Assembly: GCA_963662625.1 (NCBI GenBank)
Contig: OY759726.1
Location: 960,001 to 1,024,000 of the forward strand
Direction of reading: 5' to 3'
Source: Nitrosopumilus sp.
GTDB taxonomy: Archaea > Thermoproteota > Nitrososphaeria > Nitrososphaerales > Nitrosopumilaceae
Length of the DNA: 64,000 nt
Below, in pieces: positions 28,559 to 39,397 of this stretch. A program made the translations under genes and the position numbers. A model generated the notes under the pieces. It had not been told where the DNA came from. It saw nothing but the letters and a program-made list of their open reading frames with translations, and did not search any database. Position 1 is the first letter of the stretch, and each line of letters opens with the position of its first letter.

Positions 28559-29725
28559 ATGACCGCCACCTTCCTGTTTACGTCAGAATCGGTGAACGAG
28601 GGGCATCCCGACAAGATATGCGACCAGATCTCCGACGCGTTCGTGGACGAGTTCCTCAGGCAGGATCCCGAATCAAGGGTGGCGGTGGAGGCGATGGTCA
28701 CCACCGACTTTGTCCTGGTGTCCGGCGAGGTGACCTCGAAGGCCGACCTGGACGAGAAGGCGCAGGAGGAATTGGTGAGGAAGACCATCCGCGAGATCGG
28801 CTACAACAACAAGGACCTCATGTTTGACACGGACACCTGCCAGGTCGTCCTGAAGCTCCACGCGCAGAGCCCGGACATCAGCATGGGGGTGACCCCAGCC
28901 GACGGGAAGGAGCAAGGCGCGGGGGACCAGGGCCTGATGTTCGGGTATGCCTCAAACGAGACGGCCGAACTCATGCCGATGCCGGTGCTGCTGGCGCACA
29001 AGCTGACGGAGAGGCTGGCCGAGGTCAGGAGGGACGGCACCCTGCCGTGGATGCGCCCCGACGGCAAGTCCCAGGTGTCGGTCAGGTACGAGGACAGCAA
29101 GCCGGCAAGCATAGAGACCGTGGTAATCTCCGCGCAGCACGACCCGGGGGTACCGCAGGACGAGATCTCAAGGGAGGTGACGGACAAGGTCATCAAGCCC
29201 GTACTGGGCCACCTGTGGAGCGGGCAGATCAAGATACACGTCAACCCCACGGGAAAATTCGTGATAGGCGGGCCCCACGGGGACACGGGAATCACCGGGA
29301 GAAAGATCATAGTGGACACCTACGGCGGCTTTGGAAGGCACGGCGGCGGGTCGTTCTCCGGGAAGGATCCCTCCAAGGTGGACAGGTCGGCGTCCTACAT
29401 GTGCAGGTACATTGCCAAGAACCTGGTGGCCGCCGGCCTGGCAGACAGGTGCGAGGTGCAGCTGGCGTACGCCATAGGGGTGGCAGATCCGGTATCGCTC
29501 TACGTGAACTCGTTTGGCACAAACAAGGTCCCCGAGGGCAGGATCGAGGAGCTGATCCGGCGTCACTTTGACATGAGGCCCTCCCAGATAATCTCCCAGC
29601 TGGACCTGAAGCGGCCGATCTACAGGAATACCGCGTCGTACGGGCATTTTGGGAGGGACCTCCCCGAGTTTACCTGGGAGAGGACGGACAGGGCCGACGC
29701 GCTAAAGAAGGACGCCGGACTGTAG
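28559..29725 (+). CDS. metK: S-adenosylmethionine synthetase (bacterial type)
   Basis: [42 protein letters not shown]. Confidence 0.97.
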   Translation: MTATFLFTSESVNEGHPDKICDQISDAFVDEFLRQDPESRVAVEAMVTTDFVLVSGEVTSKADLDEKAQEELVRKTIREIGYNNKDLMFDTDTCQVVLKLHAQSPDISMGVTPADGKEQGAGDQGLMFGYASNETAELMPMPVLLAHKLTERLAEVRRDGTLPWMRPDGKSQVSVRYEDSKPASIETVVISAQHDPGVPQDEISREVTDKVIKPVLGHLWSGQIKIHVNPTGKFVIGGPHGDTGITGRKIIVDTYGGFGRHGGGSFSGKDPSKVDRSASYMCRYIAKNLVAAGLADRCEVQLAYAIGVADPVSLYVNSFGTNKVPEGRIEELIRRHFDMRPSQIISQLDLKRPIYRNTASYGHFGRDLPEFTWERTDRADALKKDAGL

Positions 29726-30571
29726 CAGCCCAGACACCCTCTGGAACCTGACGCCCGAGGCCCTCTCGAGCCTACCAAAGTCGCCGCAAAAGTTTCCCAC
29801 CAGCAGGTTGAGATCGTCCACGTCAAAGTCGCCGCCGCGCCTGGTCACGGCCTCGCGGTAGGCCCTCTCGAGCGGGACCCTCCTGACCGTGGCGCCGGCG
29901 TTCCTGGCAAACCGCCTGGCGTAGCTCCCGTAGGTCGTCACTTCGGGCCCCACCAGGTCAAGCACCCTGTTGGAGAGCCTCCCGCCTGCCAGCGACTCCG
30001 AGATGACCCTGGCGGCGTCGCCTACGTGTATTGGCTGGATCAGGAACCTGCCGGAACCGGGAACCGTTACCAGGCCCCGCCTGGCCTGCCTCCTGAGTCG
30101 CCTGGTCAGGGGGTCGCCCCCCCCAACTATGTAGGAGGGCCGCAGGATGGTAAAGTCCAGGCCGGATCCCGCGATCTCCCTCTCCGCCCTGTATTTTGAG
30201 AGAAAGTACGCGAGCGGGCTGTCCCTCGAGGCGCCCAGGCCGCTCAGGTAGACGATCTTCCCTATCCGGGCCCGCCTGCACAGGTCGACGATCCTTCCGG
30301 TAAGCCGGAAATTCACGGCGTCAAAGCCCTCCCCCGCGGACTGGCTGCCCAGCCCCACCAGGTGGACCATGGCGTCGCATCCCCGGATCCCGGGAAGGAT
30401 GTTGCCCGGGTCGTAGCGCTCGGCGACGATCGCCTCTTCGTTCCGGAGCCTCCTGAAGCCCCTCCGGGACACCGAGCGCAGCTCCGCGCCGTTCTCGGAC
30501 AGGTGCCTCCTGACGTGCCTTGCCACAAACCCGGTAGCGCCGGTGACTGCAACCCGGAGGCCCCTTCCCAT
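29702..30571 (-). CDS. NAD-dependent epimerase/dehydratase (NDUFA9-like SDR)
   Basis: [32 protein letters not shown]; ATG 30571. Confidence 0.85.
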   Translation of the reverse strand: MGRGLRVAVTGATGFVARHVRRHLSENGAELRSVSRRGFRRLRNEEAIVAERYDPGNILPGIRGCDAMVHLVGLGSQSAGEGFDAVNFRLTGRIVDLCRRARIGKIVYLSGLGASRDSPLAYFLSKYRAEREIAGSGLDFTILRPSYIVGGGDPLTRRLRRQARRGLVTVPGSGRFLIQPIHVGDAARVISESLAGGRLSNRVLDLVGPEVTTYGSYARRFARNAGATVRRVPLERAYREAVTRRGGDFDVDDLNLLVGNFCGDFGRLERASGVRFQRVSGLLQSGVLL

Positions 30572-30680
30572 GCTACCGGTGCGGGGCCTAATTTTAAATA
30601 CGTTACAGGGAGTGGCGCAGGCCGCACTCGCCGACCAAGCGCAAAGAAGGGTTAAAACATCACGGGGGGCTACGCTGGTC

Positions 30681-31763
30681 GTGAAAGGGAGGGAAAAGCT
30701 CCGGACCGGCTTTACCACGGGCACGTCGGCCGCGGCAGCGTCAAAGGCGGCGCTGCTTGCCGCCATGGCGCAGGAGGGCGTCGGCGCGGTAAGCGTCACT
30801 CTGCCAAAGGGGGGGAGCGTGAGGATCCCTGTGGCCTCGTGCAGGTTCGGCCCGGGTTCTGCAAGGTGCTCCGTGATAAAGGACGGGGGCGACGACCCCG
30901 ACGTGACCCACGGGGCAGAGATAGTGGCGGACCTGGAGCTCAACGGCGCCGCAAGCGAGATCCAGATCGACGGCGGCGAGGGCGTGGGGACGGTCACAAA
31001 GCCCGGGCTGGGGCTCGAGATCGGCAAGCCGGCGATAAACCCAGTGCCAAGGCGGATGATCGACGAGAACCTGAGGGACGCGGCCGGGGACGCCCTGGCC
31101 AGCAGGGGGATCAGGGTGGTGATCTCGGTCCCGCGGGGGAGGGAGCTGGGCCCCAAGACGGACAACCCGAGGATCGGGATCCTCGGAGGGATCTCCATAC
31201 TGGGCACGAGCGGCATCGTGATCCCGTTCTCGACTGCGTCGTACGCGGCGTCGATCCGGCAGAACATCGACGTGGCGGCGGCCATGGGGGACCGCGTGCT
31301 GGTGCTCTCCACCGGCGGCAGGAGCGAGGATTTCGCAAGGAGGCTGGTATCCCTGCCCGACCACTGCTTCGTCCAGATGGGGGACTTTTCAGGCTATACC
31401 GTGCAGCAGTGCGCCAAAAAGTCGATCAAGAAGGCGTACGTGGTGGGGTTTATAGGCAAGCTGGCAAAGGTGGCCGCCGGGGCCAGGCAGACCCACGTCA
31501 AGGGCTCCAAGGTGGACATGGCGTTCCTTGCGGGGCTGGCCGGGAGGTGCGGCGCCGGGGAGGAGACGGCGGCCGAGATCCTGGGGGCAAACACGGCAAG
31601 GCACGTGTCTGAGATCGTCGCGCGGAGGAAGGTGGACGGGTTCTTCGAGCTGGTCTGCCGGGAGGCGCACAGGCAGCTGGGGGGGCACTCCGAGGGGAGG
31701 GTCCCGCTGGAGGTCATACTGTTCGATTTTGACGGCTGCGTCCTTGCCAGGTATGGGGAGTAA
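30681..31763 (+). CDS. cbiD: Cobalt-precorrin-5B C1-methyltransferase
   Basis: LRTGFTTGTSAAAA, KDGGDDPDVTHG, PAINPVPR, GGISILGTSGIV. Confidence 0.95.
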   Translation: MKGREKLRTGFTTGTSAAAASKAALLAAMAQEGVGAVSVTLPKGGSVRIPVASCRFGPGSARCSVIKDGGDDPDVTHGAEIVADLELNGAASEIQIDGGEGVGTVTKPGLGLEIGKPAINPVPRRMIDENLRDAAGDALASRGIRVVISVPRGRELGPKTDNPRIGILGGISILGTSGIVIPFSTASYAASIRQNIDVAAAMGDRVLVLSTGGRSEDFARRLVSLPDHCFVQMGDFSGYTVQQCAKKSIKKAYVVGFIGKLAKVAAGARQTHVKGSKVDMAFLAGLAGRCGAGEETAAEILGANTARHVSEIVARRKVDGFFELVCREAHRQLGGHSEGRVPLEVILFDFDGCVLARYGE

Positions 31764-31794
31764 GGTATTTTATTAAAACATTACAGGTTTAACT

Positions 31795-32847
31795 GTGGAC
31801 AAGGTATCGGTGGTCGCCATCACCAAAAACGGCATAGCGGTGGGAAGGGACATCCTGCGGGCCTTTCCCGACTGGACGGTCATGGCGCCTGCAAAGCTTT
31901 CGGACGGCGGCGGGGACGTGACGTGGTATGCCGAGCCGACCGCCGAAAAGGCAGTCGAGCTCTTCAAGGCCAGCGACGCGCTGGTCTGCGTCTTCTCGCT
32001 GGGAGCTGTAATGCGCCTGCTCGCGCCCCACCTGGGTGACAAGAAGACGGATCCCGCCGTGATAGTGATCGACGACAAGGCCACCTTCGTAATCAGCGCG
32101 CTGTCGGGGCACCTGGGGGGAGCGAACATGCTGGCCGAGAGGATCGCCCGCAGGCTGGACTCGGTGCCGGTAATCACGACCGCCGCCGACGTCAACAAGA
32201 CGATCGCCGTGGACCTGCTCGGGAGGGATCTGGGCTGGAGGATCGACGACGAGTCCACCGTGACGAGGGTCAGCGCGTACATGGTAAACGAGGAGAAGAT
32301 CGGGGTGTTCCAGGACGCCGGAAAGCGGGACTGGTACAGGAAACTCCCGAAGAACGTGGAGCTGTTCGACGACCTGGACGCGATGAAGAATTCCGGCGCG
32401 AAGGGCTTCCTGGTCATATCCGACAGGATCCTGGAGGGGGACTTTTTGAGGGACGCGGTGGTGTACAGGCCCCCCACCCTGGTAATGGGCGTGGGGCTCC
32501 ACTGGGACACGCCAAAGGACACCATCAAGGAGGGCATAAGGCACTGCCTCGAAAGGCACGGGCTGAGCCTAAAGTCGGTCTTCAGGCTGGCGTCGATAAA
32601 GAAGCCCCTGCCCATCCAGGGGCTGGCGGAGGCGGCCAGCGACCTGGGCCTGGATATGGAATACCTTCCCGGGGAGACGCTGGCGGAGATAGACGTACCG
32701 AACCCGTCGGACACGGTGAAGGCATTCGAGGGCACGCGCAGCGTGTCAGAGGCCGCGGCACTCAAGATCTCCGGCGGGGAGCTGGTGGTGGAAAAGCAAA
32801 AGTTCCCGCCGAACCTGACAATAGCCGTGGCGAGGAGGGCCCAATGA
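31795..32847 (+). CDS. cbiG: Cobalt-precorrin-5A hydrolase
   Basis: KKTDPAVIVID, SGHLGGAN, PVITTAAD, SVSEAAAL. Confidence 0.93.
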   Translation: MDKVSVVAITKNGIAVGRDILRAFPDWTVMAPAKLSDGGGDVTWYAEPTAEKAVELFKASDALVCVFSLGAVMRLLAPHLGDKKTDPAVIVIDDKATFVISALSGHLGGANMLAERIARRLDSVPVITTAADVNKTIAVDLLGRDLGWRIDDESTVTRVSAYMVNEEKIGVFQDAGKRDWYRKLPKNVELFDDLDAMKNSGAKGFLVISDRILEGDFLRDAVVYRPPTLVMGVGLHWDTPKDTIKEGIRHCLERHGLSLKSVFRLASIKKPLPIQGLAEAASDLGLDMEYLPGETLAEIDVPNPSDTVKAFEGTRSVSEAAALKISGGELVVEKQKFPPNLTIAVARRAQ

Positions 32848-33596
32848 AGCGGGGCCTGCTGCTGATAGACAGGGGCAGCAGGGCGAGGGAGGCGTCCGAG
32901 GAGCTGGAGGCCATATGCGCCGCGATACAGTCTAGGGCCGACTATGCCTTTGCCGACTACTGCTTCCTTGAGGTGGAGCCGCCCTACATAGAGGACGGCA
33001 TCAGGAGGTGCCTGAAAAACGGCATCGACGCGCTGACCATCGTCCCGTTCTTCCTCTACCCGGGAAAGAAGGTGAAAAACGCCGTGACCGACGCCATGAA
33101 GTTCCAGAAGGGGACCTCGGTGAAGTTCGTGGTGACAAAGCCGATGAGCATGCACAGGGCGCTGGTCGACCTCGTGGACAGCAGGATACGGGCGGCGCTG
33201 GAGGAGAACGGGGTAGGCCTGCCAAAAAGCGGGGTCGACGTGCTGATCATAGGGCACGGCAGCGTGGATCCCAACGCGCAGATGTCGATGAACTTCGTGG
33301 TCGACGGGCTGAGGAAGGACTACAGGAACGTGGACCGGTGCTGGCTGGAGATAGAGCAGCCGGACATACCGGCGGGGGTAAGCGCGTCGGCGAAGAACGG
33401 CCCCCGGGCCCTGGTGATCGTCTTTTACTTCCTGCACGAGGGCATCCACGTCAAGACCGACATAAACAACGAGCTCCTCCCCGCGCTTGAAAGGTCCGGC
33501 CTGGACAACGTGTTTGTAACGAGGCACCTGGGGGCAGACGAGAGGATAATCGACCTCATACTGGAGAGGGCCGCGGAGGTGGAGGGTGCAGACTAG
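32844..33596 (+). CDS. cbiX: Sirohydrochlorin cobaltochelatase (long CbiX)
   Basis: DRGSR, FLEVEPP, PFFL, GHGS, GIHVKTDI, HLG. Confidence 0.88.
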   Translation: MKRGLLLIDRGSRAREASEELEAICAAIQSRADYAFADYCFLEVEPPYIEDGIRRCLKNGIDALTIVPFFLYPGKKVKNAVTDAMKFQKGTSVKFVVTKPMSMHRALVDLVDSRIRAALEENGVGLPKSGVDVLIIGHGSVDPNAQMSMNFVVDGLRKDYRNVDRCWLEIEQPDIPAGVSASAKNGPRALVIVFYFLHEGIHVKTDINNELLPALERSGLDNVFVTRHLGADERIIDLILERAAEVEGAD

Positions 33597-34224
33597 GAAG
33601 GGCCAGTCCATAGAGGACGCAAGCATGCGGATCATCGAGGCCGAGGCGGGGGATCACGGGTACGGCCCGGAGGAGTGGCCGGTGGTCAGGCGCGTCATCC
33701 ACTCCACGGCTGACTTTGACTTTGCCGGAAAGAACAGGATCATATTCCACGGGGGCGCCGTCGCCGGCGGGATCCGGGCCATCCGCGGAGGGAAGAGCGT
33801 CGTGGTCGACGTCAACGGCGTGATCGGGGGGCTGAACAAGCAGAACCCGAAGGACTTTGGAAACGCGGTCGTCTGCAACATATCGGGCAAGGAGGTGGCG
33901 GCGCTGGCAAAAAAAGAGGGCAAGACGCGCTCGCAGGTGGCCATGAGGGCCGCCGCGCCCGACATGGACGGGGGGATAGTGGCAATAGGCAACGCGCCCA
34001 CGGCGCTGCTGGAGGTGGTCGAGATGGCCCGGGAAGGGGCGGTAAGGCCTGCCCTGGTCATCGGCATCCCGGTGGGCTTTATCTCCGCGGCCGAGTCAAA
34101 GGAGGAGCTTGCCAAGCTGGACGTCCCGTTCATCACCAACGTCGGCAGGAAGGGGGGGAGCCCCGCGGCGTCGGCCATACTCAACGCGCTCTACAAGCTG
34201 GCGAGGGGCCCGTCACCGCCTTGA
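33586..34224 (+). CDS. cbiC: Cobalt-precorrin-8 methylmutase
   Basis: RRVIHSTAD, IGNAPTAL, GIPVGF, GRKGGS. Confidence 0.94.
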   Translation: MQTRKGQSIEDASMRIIEAEAGDHGYGPEEWPVVRRVIHSTADFDFAGKNRIIFHGGAVAGGIRAIRGGKSVVVDVNGVIGGLNKQNPKDFGNAVVCNISGKEVAALAKKEGKTRSQVAMRAAAPDMDGGIVAIGNAPTALLEVVEMAREGAVRPALVIGIPVGFISAAESKEELAKLDVPFITNVGRKGGSPAASAILNALYKLARGPSPP

Positions 34225-35568
34225 GAATCCCTCGCAGTGGCTGACGAACCGCCGGGCGTGGTCGGACCTGTCGAAGTACAGGTGCCCGTACGACGCGAGG
34301 GTGTTCGCGAGCATCAGCCCGTCGCGGCCGCCCTCGATCCCGTCGCCGATCTCAAGCTCGTACGCGAACCTCGAGTCCTGGGGGACGGAGACCAGCTCGG
34401 AATAGTGGAACTCGTGGCCGTAAAGCACGCGGGACCCGCCCGAGATTATGCTGCCGGCGACGGCCCTTCCTCTGGTGTAGTTCAGCCTCATCCTGCCGGT
34501 CATCCTGGTCTCGGCGTCAAAGACCCCTGCCATCCTGTACCTCCTGCCGCCGTAGTCGATGGACTTGGTCAGGTACATCAGGCCCCCGCACTCGGCGTAG
34601 ACCGGCATGCCCGCGCCGGAGAGCTTCTTGATCTCCCCCATCATGCGCCGGTTTTTCTCGAGGGCCTCCCCGCGGATCTCCGGGAAGCCCCCCCCGACGT
34701 AGATCCCGTCTGACTCCGGCGGCGCGCGGTCCCGGGCCGGGCTGAAGAATTCCAGGGACGCGCCCTCCCTCCGCAGCGCGTCTAGGTTGTCGCGGTAGTA
34801 GAAGTTAAAAGAGTCGTCCAGCGCGACTGCGATCACGGCCCTCGCCTTTTTTGCCGCGGGCCCCGGGGCCCTGGGCAGCGGGGGAGGGCCCGTGAGGATC
34901 CCGACTATCCCCTCCATGTCCAGCGAGTCCGCGACCGACCTCGCGGCGGCGGCGAGCCTCTTCCGCACCCGCCCCCCCTCCGCGGCCGGGACCAGCCCGA
35001 GGTGCCGAGACTCGAGCTCGAGCGAGGCGTCCTTGTAGACCGCCCCGAGCACCGGCAGGCGGACCCGCCGCAGGGCCTGCCTGCACAGGGACTCGTGCCT
35101 TTCGGATCCGATCCTGTTGAGGATTATTCCCGAGATGCGGGAGTTCCTGTGGAACCTCTGAAAGCCGAGCGCCGTGGCCGCCACGGAACGCGACGCCTTG
35201 CTGGCGTCCAGCACCAGTACGACGGGCGACCTTGTTATGCTGGCGACGTGGTGGGTGCTGGCAAAGTCAGAGTCCCCGCGGGCGCCGTCATAAAAGCCCA
35301 TCACCCCCTCGATCACCGAGACGTCGCACGCGGAGTTGGCCGTGAAGCTCTCAAGCACGCGCCTCCTCCCCATCAGCCAGGCGTCGAGGTTGCGCGCATC
35401 GCGGCCTGAGGCGCTGGACAGGTAGCCGGGATCGATATAGTCCGGACCCACCTTGAACGGCTGCACGGAGTAGCCCAGCCCACGCAGCGCGTGGATCAGC
35501 CCGCACGATACCAGGGTCTTCCCGACCCCGCTGGTCGCGCCGGCCAGCACGATCCTGGGAATCTTCAA
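34213..35568 (-). CDS. cbiA: Cobyrinate a,c-diamide synthase
   Basis: FKVGPDYIDP, IEGVMG, SRHLGL, YAECGGLMYL, GHEFHYS. Confidence 0.94.
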   Translation of the reverse strand: MKIPRIVLAGATSGVGKTLVSCGLIHALRGLGYSVQPFKVGPDYIDPGYLSSASGRDARNLDAWLMGRRRVLESFTANSACDVSVIEGVMGFYDGARGDSDFASTHHVASITRSPVVLVLDASKASRSVAATALGFQRFHRNSRISGIILNRIGSERHESLCRQALRRVRLPVLGAVYKDASLELESRHLGLVPAAEGGRVRKRLAAAARSVADSLDMEGIVGILTGPPPLPRAPGPAAKKARAVIAVALDDSFNFYYRDNLDALRREGASLEFFSPARDRAPPESDGIYVGGGFPEIRGEALEKNRRMMGEIKKLSGAGMPVYAECGGLMYLTKSIDYGGRRYRMAGVFDAETRMTGRMRLNYTRGRAVAGSIISGGSRVLYGHEFHYSELVSVPQDSRFAYELEIGDGIEGGRDGLMLANTLASYGHLYFDRSDHARRFVSHCEGFSRR

Positions 35569-35656
35569 CTTGCATGTGTGGCGCCTGTTTTTTATTTAAA
35601 CTGATGCACCGGGCCCGCGCCTTAATCTTTTTACCGGCATCGCGCCACATACGGTC

Positions 35657-36190
35657 ATGGGAGGGGACGGCCTCGTGATAGTGTACACGGGGGGCGGGAA
35701 GGGAAAGACCACGGCCGCACTGGGACTGGCACTCAGGGCGGCCGGACACGGGAGGAGGACGTGCATGGTCCAGTTCATAAAGGGCTCGTGGCACTACGGG
35801 GAGATGGACTCCTCGAGGCGCCTGGAGCCGGAGTTTGAGATGGTGGCGGTGGGGAAGGGGTTCGTCGGGATAATCGACGACAAGACCCCAAAGGAGGACC
35901 ACGCGGCGATCGCGCGGGAGGCGGTAAAGGTGAGCAGGGAGAGGATCCTGTCTGGCAGGTACGACGTCGTGATCCTGGACGAGATAAACTATGCGGTCGA
36001 CCTGGGGCTGGTGGACGTCTCAGACGTGCTGGGCCTGGTGCGGTCCAGGCCGGCCGGCGTGGACCTTGTCCTGACGGGCAACCACGCCAGGGACGAGGTC
36101 GTCGGGGAGGCGGACCTGGTCACGGAGATGAGGGAGGTCAAGCACCCCTTCCGGCGCGGGATCAAGGCCAGGAAGGGGATCGATTTCTAG
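35657..36190 (+). CDS. cobO: Cob(I)yrinic acid a,c-diamide adenosyltransferase (CobO/BtuR)
   Basis: YTGGGKGKTTAALG, QFIKG, ILDEIN, ADLVTEM, KHPF. Confidence 0.93.
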   Translation: MGGDGLVIVYTGGGKGKTTAALGLALRAAGHGRRTCMVQFIKGSWHYGEMDSSRRLEPEFEMVAVGKGFVGIIDDKTPKEDHAAIAREAVKVSRERILSGRYDVVILDEINYAVDLGLVDVSDVLGLVRSRPAGVDLVLTGNHARDEVVGEADLVTEMREVKHPFRRGIKARKGIDF

Positions 36191-36226
36191 GCAACATTAA
36201 ATTACGCATGGCGGATTTTAGAAGAA

Positions 36227-37024
36227 ATGGCGACAGAGATGCAGGAGATGCCAGAGCGGGGGGAGATCGTGATGACCACGGTCGCCAAGGTCATGGATCA
36301 CGGGGCGTACGTGAACCTGGACGAGTACGATGACATCCAGGGCTTTCTGCACATCTCGGAGATCGCGCCGGGGTGGATACGCTCGGTCAGCCGGTTCGTC
36401 AAGCCCGGCGAGAAGAAGGTGCTGCTGGTAAAGAAGGTGAACGCGAAGAGGGGCGACATCGACCTCTCCCTGAAGCAGGTCTCCAAGGACCAGAAGAAGC
36501 AGAAGCTAAAGGAGGTCAAGAAGTTCGAGAAGGGCAAGACGCTGCTGCAGGGCGTCAAGGAGAAGGCGGGAATGTCGGACGGGGAGATCGAGAGCCTCGA
36601 GGACGGCATCTATTCCAGGTTCGACTCCGTGTACGACGCGTTCCTCGCGATCTGCAGGAACGGGATGGGCGCCGTAAAGGACGTCAAGATGACCAAAAAG
36701 ACGGCCGAGGCCGTGGAGGAGGTCTGCTCGAAGATCAAGCCCCCCTCGGTGGAGATCCGGGGGGTCATGGAGATCACGAGCAGCAGCCCCGACGGCGTCG
36801 AGATCATCAGGAAGGTCCTGCTTGACGCCGCCAAGAGCGACCCGACGATAACCGTCTCGTACCTCGGGGCCCCGAAATACAGGCTGTCCGTCACGGCGGA
36901 GGACTTTAAGACCGCCGAAAAGGCGCTAAAGCCGGTCATAACCGAGATCCAGCGCAGCGTGGAGAGGAAGAAGGGCTCCTTCAAGTTTAACAGGGAGGAG
37001 TCAAAGAAGACCAGGGAGGGATGA
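36227..37024 (+). CDS. eif2a: Translation initiation factor aIF2 alpha
   Basis: S1 domain GAYVNLDEY...LHISE, IDLSLK, GAPKY. Confidence 0.95.
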   Translation: MATEMQEMPERGEIVMTTVAKVMDHGAYVNLDEYDDIQGFLHISEIAPGWIRSVSRFVKPGEKKVLLVKKVNAKRGDIDLSLKQVSKDQKKQKLKEVKKFEKGKTLLQGVKEKAGMSDGEIESLEDGIYSRFDSVYDAFLAICRNGMGAVKDVKMTKKTAEAVEEVCSKIKPPSVEIRGVMEITSSSPDGVEIIRKVLLDAAKSDPTITVSYLGAPKYRLSVTAEDFKTAEKALKPVITEIQRSVERKKGSFKFNREESKKTREG

Positions 37025-37025
37025 C

Positions 37026-37187
37026 GTGAGGTTTCAGATGAGAAGGTGCAAGGAATGCCGCACGTACTCGCTCATGGCGGCGTGCCCCCGGTGCGAGGGC
37101 GAGACGGTATCCGCGCACCCGGCAAAATTCTCGCCGGACGACAAGTACATGAGGTACAGGCTGGCAGAAAGGTACGGCCAGGCCTGA
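37026..37187 (+). CDS. nop10: H/ACA RNP protein Nop10 (53 aa; not in ORF track)
   Basis: RRCKECRTYSL..CPRCEG...AHPAKFSPDDKYMRYR, directly after aIF2 alpha as in the conserved archaeal operon. Confidence 0.92.
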   Translation: MRFQMRRCKECRTYSLMAACPRCEGETVSAHPAKFSPDDKYMRYRLAERYGQA

Positions 37188-37257
37188 CCGCTGGGCACCG
37201 TAAAGGGGAGGCGCCAAGTTTTCCAAGGCGCGGGCTGGCAGACGGCTACGGCCAGGC

Positions 37258-37710
37258 CTACGGGGCGTACCTGCCCTCAAGCCTCGCCTCCTCCAGAACG
37301 TGGCCCCTGATGGAATCCTCCACCTGGCTCTTGCGCGAGCCGGCGGGCAGCCCCAGCTTCCTGTCCAGCGCGTACAGCTTGAAGACGTACGTGTGCTCCC
37401 TGTCGGGGGGAGCCGGGCCGCCGTAGCCTGACTGGCCAAAGTCGGTCTCGCCCTGGACCGCGCCGCCTGGAACGGAGTTTTCGGCAAAGTCCGCGGCAGC
37501 CGGGTCGATGTCCCACACCACCCAGTGCACCCAGACCTTCCCGACTGCGCCCATGGCGTCCGGATCGTCCATGATCAGGGCCAGGGACTCTGTCCCCGCC
37601 GGTATCCCGGAGACGCCCAAGGGGGGGCTTGCGTTGCCGTTCTTGTACCCGTGCCTCCGCGGAATCTCCTGCCCGTGCCCGAATGCCTCGCTCTGCAGGG
37701 TCAGCGCCAT
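37258..37710 (-). CDS. YbhB/YbcL (PEBP) family protein
   Basis: SPPL, IMDDPDA, WVHWVVW, YGGPAPP, HTYVFKLYALD. Confidence 0.92.
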   Translation of the reverse strand: MALTLQSEAFGHGQEIPRRHGYKNGNASPPLGVSGIPAGTESLALIMDDPDAMGAVGKVWVHWVVWDIDPAAADFAENSVPGGAVQGETDFGQSGYGGPAPPDREHTYVFKLYALDRKLGLPAGSRKSQVEDSIRGHVLEEARLEGRYAP

Positions 37711-37742
37711 GGCCTATGAACGGGGCCCCCGCAAGTTAAATT

Positions 37743-38111
37743 TTACGGCTCGAGGACGATCCTGTCGTTCGCGAACGACAGGACGGAGCCGCCGTTGGCC
37801 TTGACCTGCCTCTTCAGCCCTCGGTCCATCGTGCCCACTATGCAGCGGTTCTCCCTGGCATAGCCGGCCAGCGCGGGATCCGCGAACGTCCCCGGGATCG
37901 GGACGGTCTTGAAGTTCTTGACCAGGTCCAGCGTGGCGGCCGCCTCTGCGGCCTTTGCCTTGCCCACCCTCAGCCTTTCCAGCTCGGCCCTTACCACCTG
38001 CGGCACGACGAACTCCAGCTGCCCTATGTCGGCGGGCAGGCTGTCCAGGTTCCTGATCCTCGCGGTCGCCATGTGGATCAGGAAGCTCGTGTCGCAGATG
38101 ACGTCAACCAA
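37743..38111 (-). CDS. PIN-domain protein (Fcf1/Utp24-like)
   Basis: VICDTSFL, VRAEL, ADP, TMDRGLK; follows aIF2 gamma. Confidence 0.85.
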   Translation of the reverse strand: MVDVICDTSFLIHMATARIRNLDSLPADIGQLEFVVPQVVRAELERLRVGKAKAAEAAATLDLVKNFKTVPIPGTFADPALAGYARENRCIVGTMDRGLKRQVKANGGSVLSFANDRIVLEP

Positions 38112-39366
38112 CCGTTCCCGCCCCGATCAGCCGCCACCTGTCGGCGATCCTGCGGCTTATGGCCACGTTCCCGCCCTCGAATATGCAGGCGGGCCTCCGG
38201 AGCTCGATCTCGACGGAGCCGGCCTTGGCCTTGGAGACCTGGCCCAGGATCGGCGCCGTGCCTATGTTCAGCCGGAGGAGCTCGCCTGCCTGGATTGGGG
38301 CCACCTTGGTGTCCTCCACGGCCCCGACTGCGGAGTCGAACAGGCTCACGCCAAGCTCCACCCGTACCGAGTTGTCCGGCAGGGTCCCCGGCCTGCCTAT
38401 CACGGACCCGATAAACGAGTCGCTCCTGGTCATCGCCGGATCCAGCCTCGTGCCTATCGCCACCAGCCCGCCGGGCTTCACGGAATCCACGATTCCCGCG
38501 GCAGTGCCAAGCGATGTTATCTCGGTGTGCAGGGGCTCGTACCCCTTGTTTTTTTCGTTGACTATCCCGGGCTTGATCTCTATCTCGTCGCCCACGTTGA
38601 ACGCGCCCTGCGTCAGGCTGCCGCCTATCACGCCGCCCTTCATGTCCCCTATCCCCGTGCCGGGCTTGTTGATGTCAAAGGACCGGAGCACGTGCATGAT
38701 GGACTCCTTGGACTCGTCGAGTTCGGGGGTCTTTATCGTGCCCTCTATGGCCCCGATCAACGCGTCGACGTTCAGGCTTGACTGCGCCGAGACGGGCACG
38801 ATGGGCGACTTTGCGGCATTCGTGCCCCTCACGAACTTTGCAATGTCCTGGTAGTTTGCCATGGCCTCCTTGTACGTGAGCAGGTCGACCTTGTTCTGTA
38901 CCACGACGATCTGCTGCATTCCCAGGGTCTCGAGGGCCAGCAGGTGTTCCTTGGTCTGGGGCCGAGGGACCTTCTCGTTTGCGGCCACCACCAGCAGCGC
39001 GCCGTCCATCAGCGCGGAGCCCGAGAGCATGTTCGCCATGAGGCTTTCGTGCCCGGGGCTGTCGACGAAGCTCACCACCCTGGACAGCTCGCTCTCCCCC
39101 CCGCAGTTGCCGCACTTTGGGGCGGTGGAGTAGCACAGGGGATCCTCGCACGCCTTGCACTTGTAGAACGCCGCATCCGAATAGCCGACGCGAATGGTGA
39201 TCCCCCTCTTGAGCTCCTGGCTGTGGACGCTCGTCCAGGAGCCGGTCAGCGCCTGGATCAGCGTGGTCTTGCCGTGGTCCACGTGGCCCGCCGTGCCTAT
39301 GTTGACGCACGGCTGGTAGCCGTATTTCTTCACGTACCAGTCCGGAAGCGTCTCTCTCCAGTGCAT
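38104..39366 (-). CDS. eif2g: Translation initiation factor aIF2 gamma
   Basis: GHVDHGKTT, RGITIRVGY, DSPGHE, NKVD, WRLIGAG. Confidence 0.96.
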   Translation of the reverse strand: MHWRETLPDWYVKKYGYQPCVNIGTAGHVDHGKTTLIQALTGSWTSVHSQELKRGITIRVGYSDAAFYKCKACEDPLCYSTAPKCGNCGGESELSRVVSFVDSPGHESLMANMLSGSALMDGALLVVAANEKVPRPQTKEHLLALETLGMQQIVVVQNKVDLLTYKEAMANYQDIAKFVRGTNAAKSPIVPVSAQSSLNVDALIGAIEGTIKTPELDESKESIMHVLRSFDINKPGTGIGDMKGGVIGGSLTQGAFNVGDEIEIKPGIVNEKNKGYEPLHTEITSLGTAAGIVDSVKPGGLVAIGTRLDPAMTRSDSFIGSVIGRPGTLPDNSVRVELGVSLFDSAVGAVEDTKVAPIQAGELLRLNIGTAPILGQVSKAKAGSVEIELRRPACIFEGGNVAISRRIADRWRLIGAGTVG

Positions 39367-39397
39367 GGATCAAGGGGAAGGCGCGGCATATGTTAAG

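Noticed and set aside
28559-36190. Bacterial-type MetK, cobalamin genes and DnaK system as novel horizontal transfers
   Set aside because: Established, ordinary features of this archaeal lineage.
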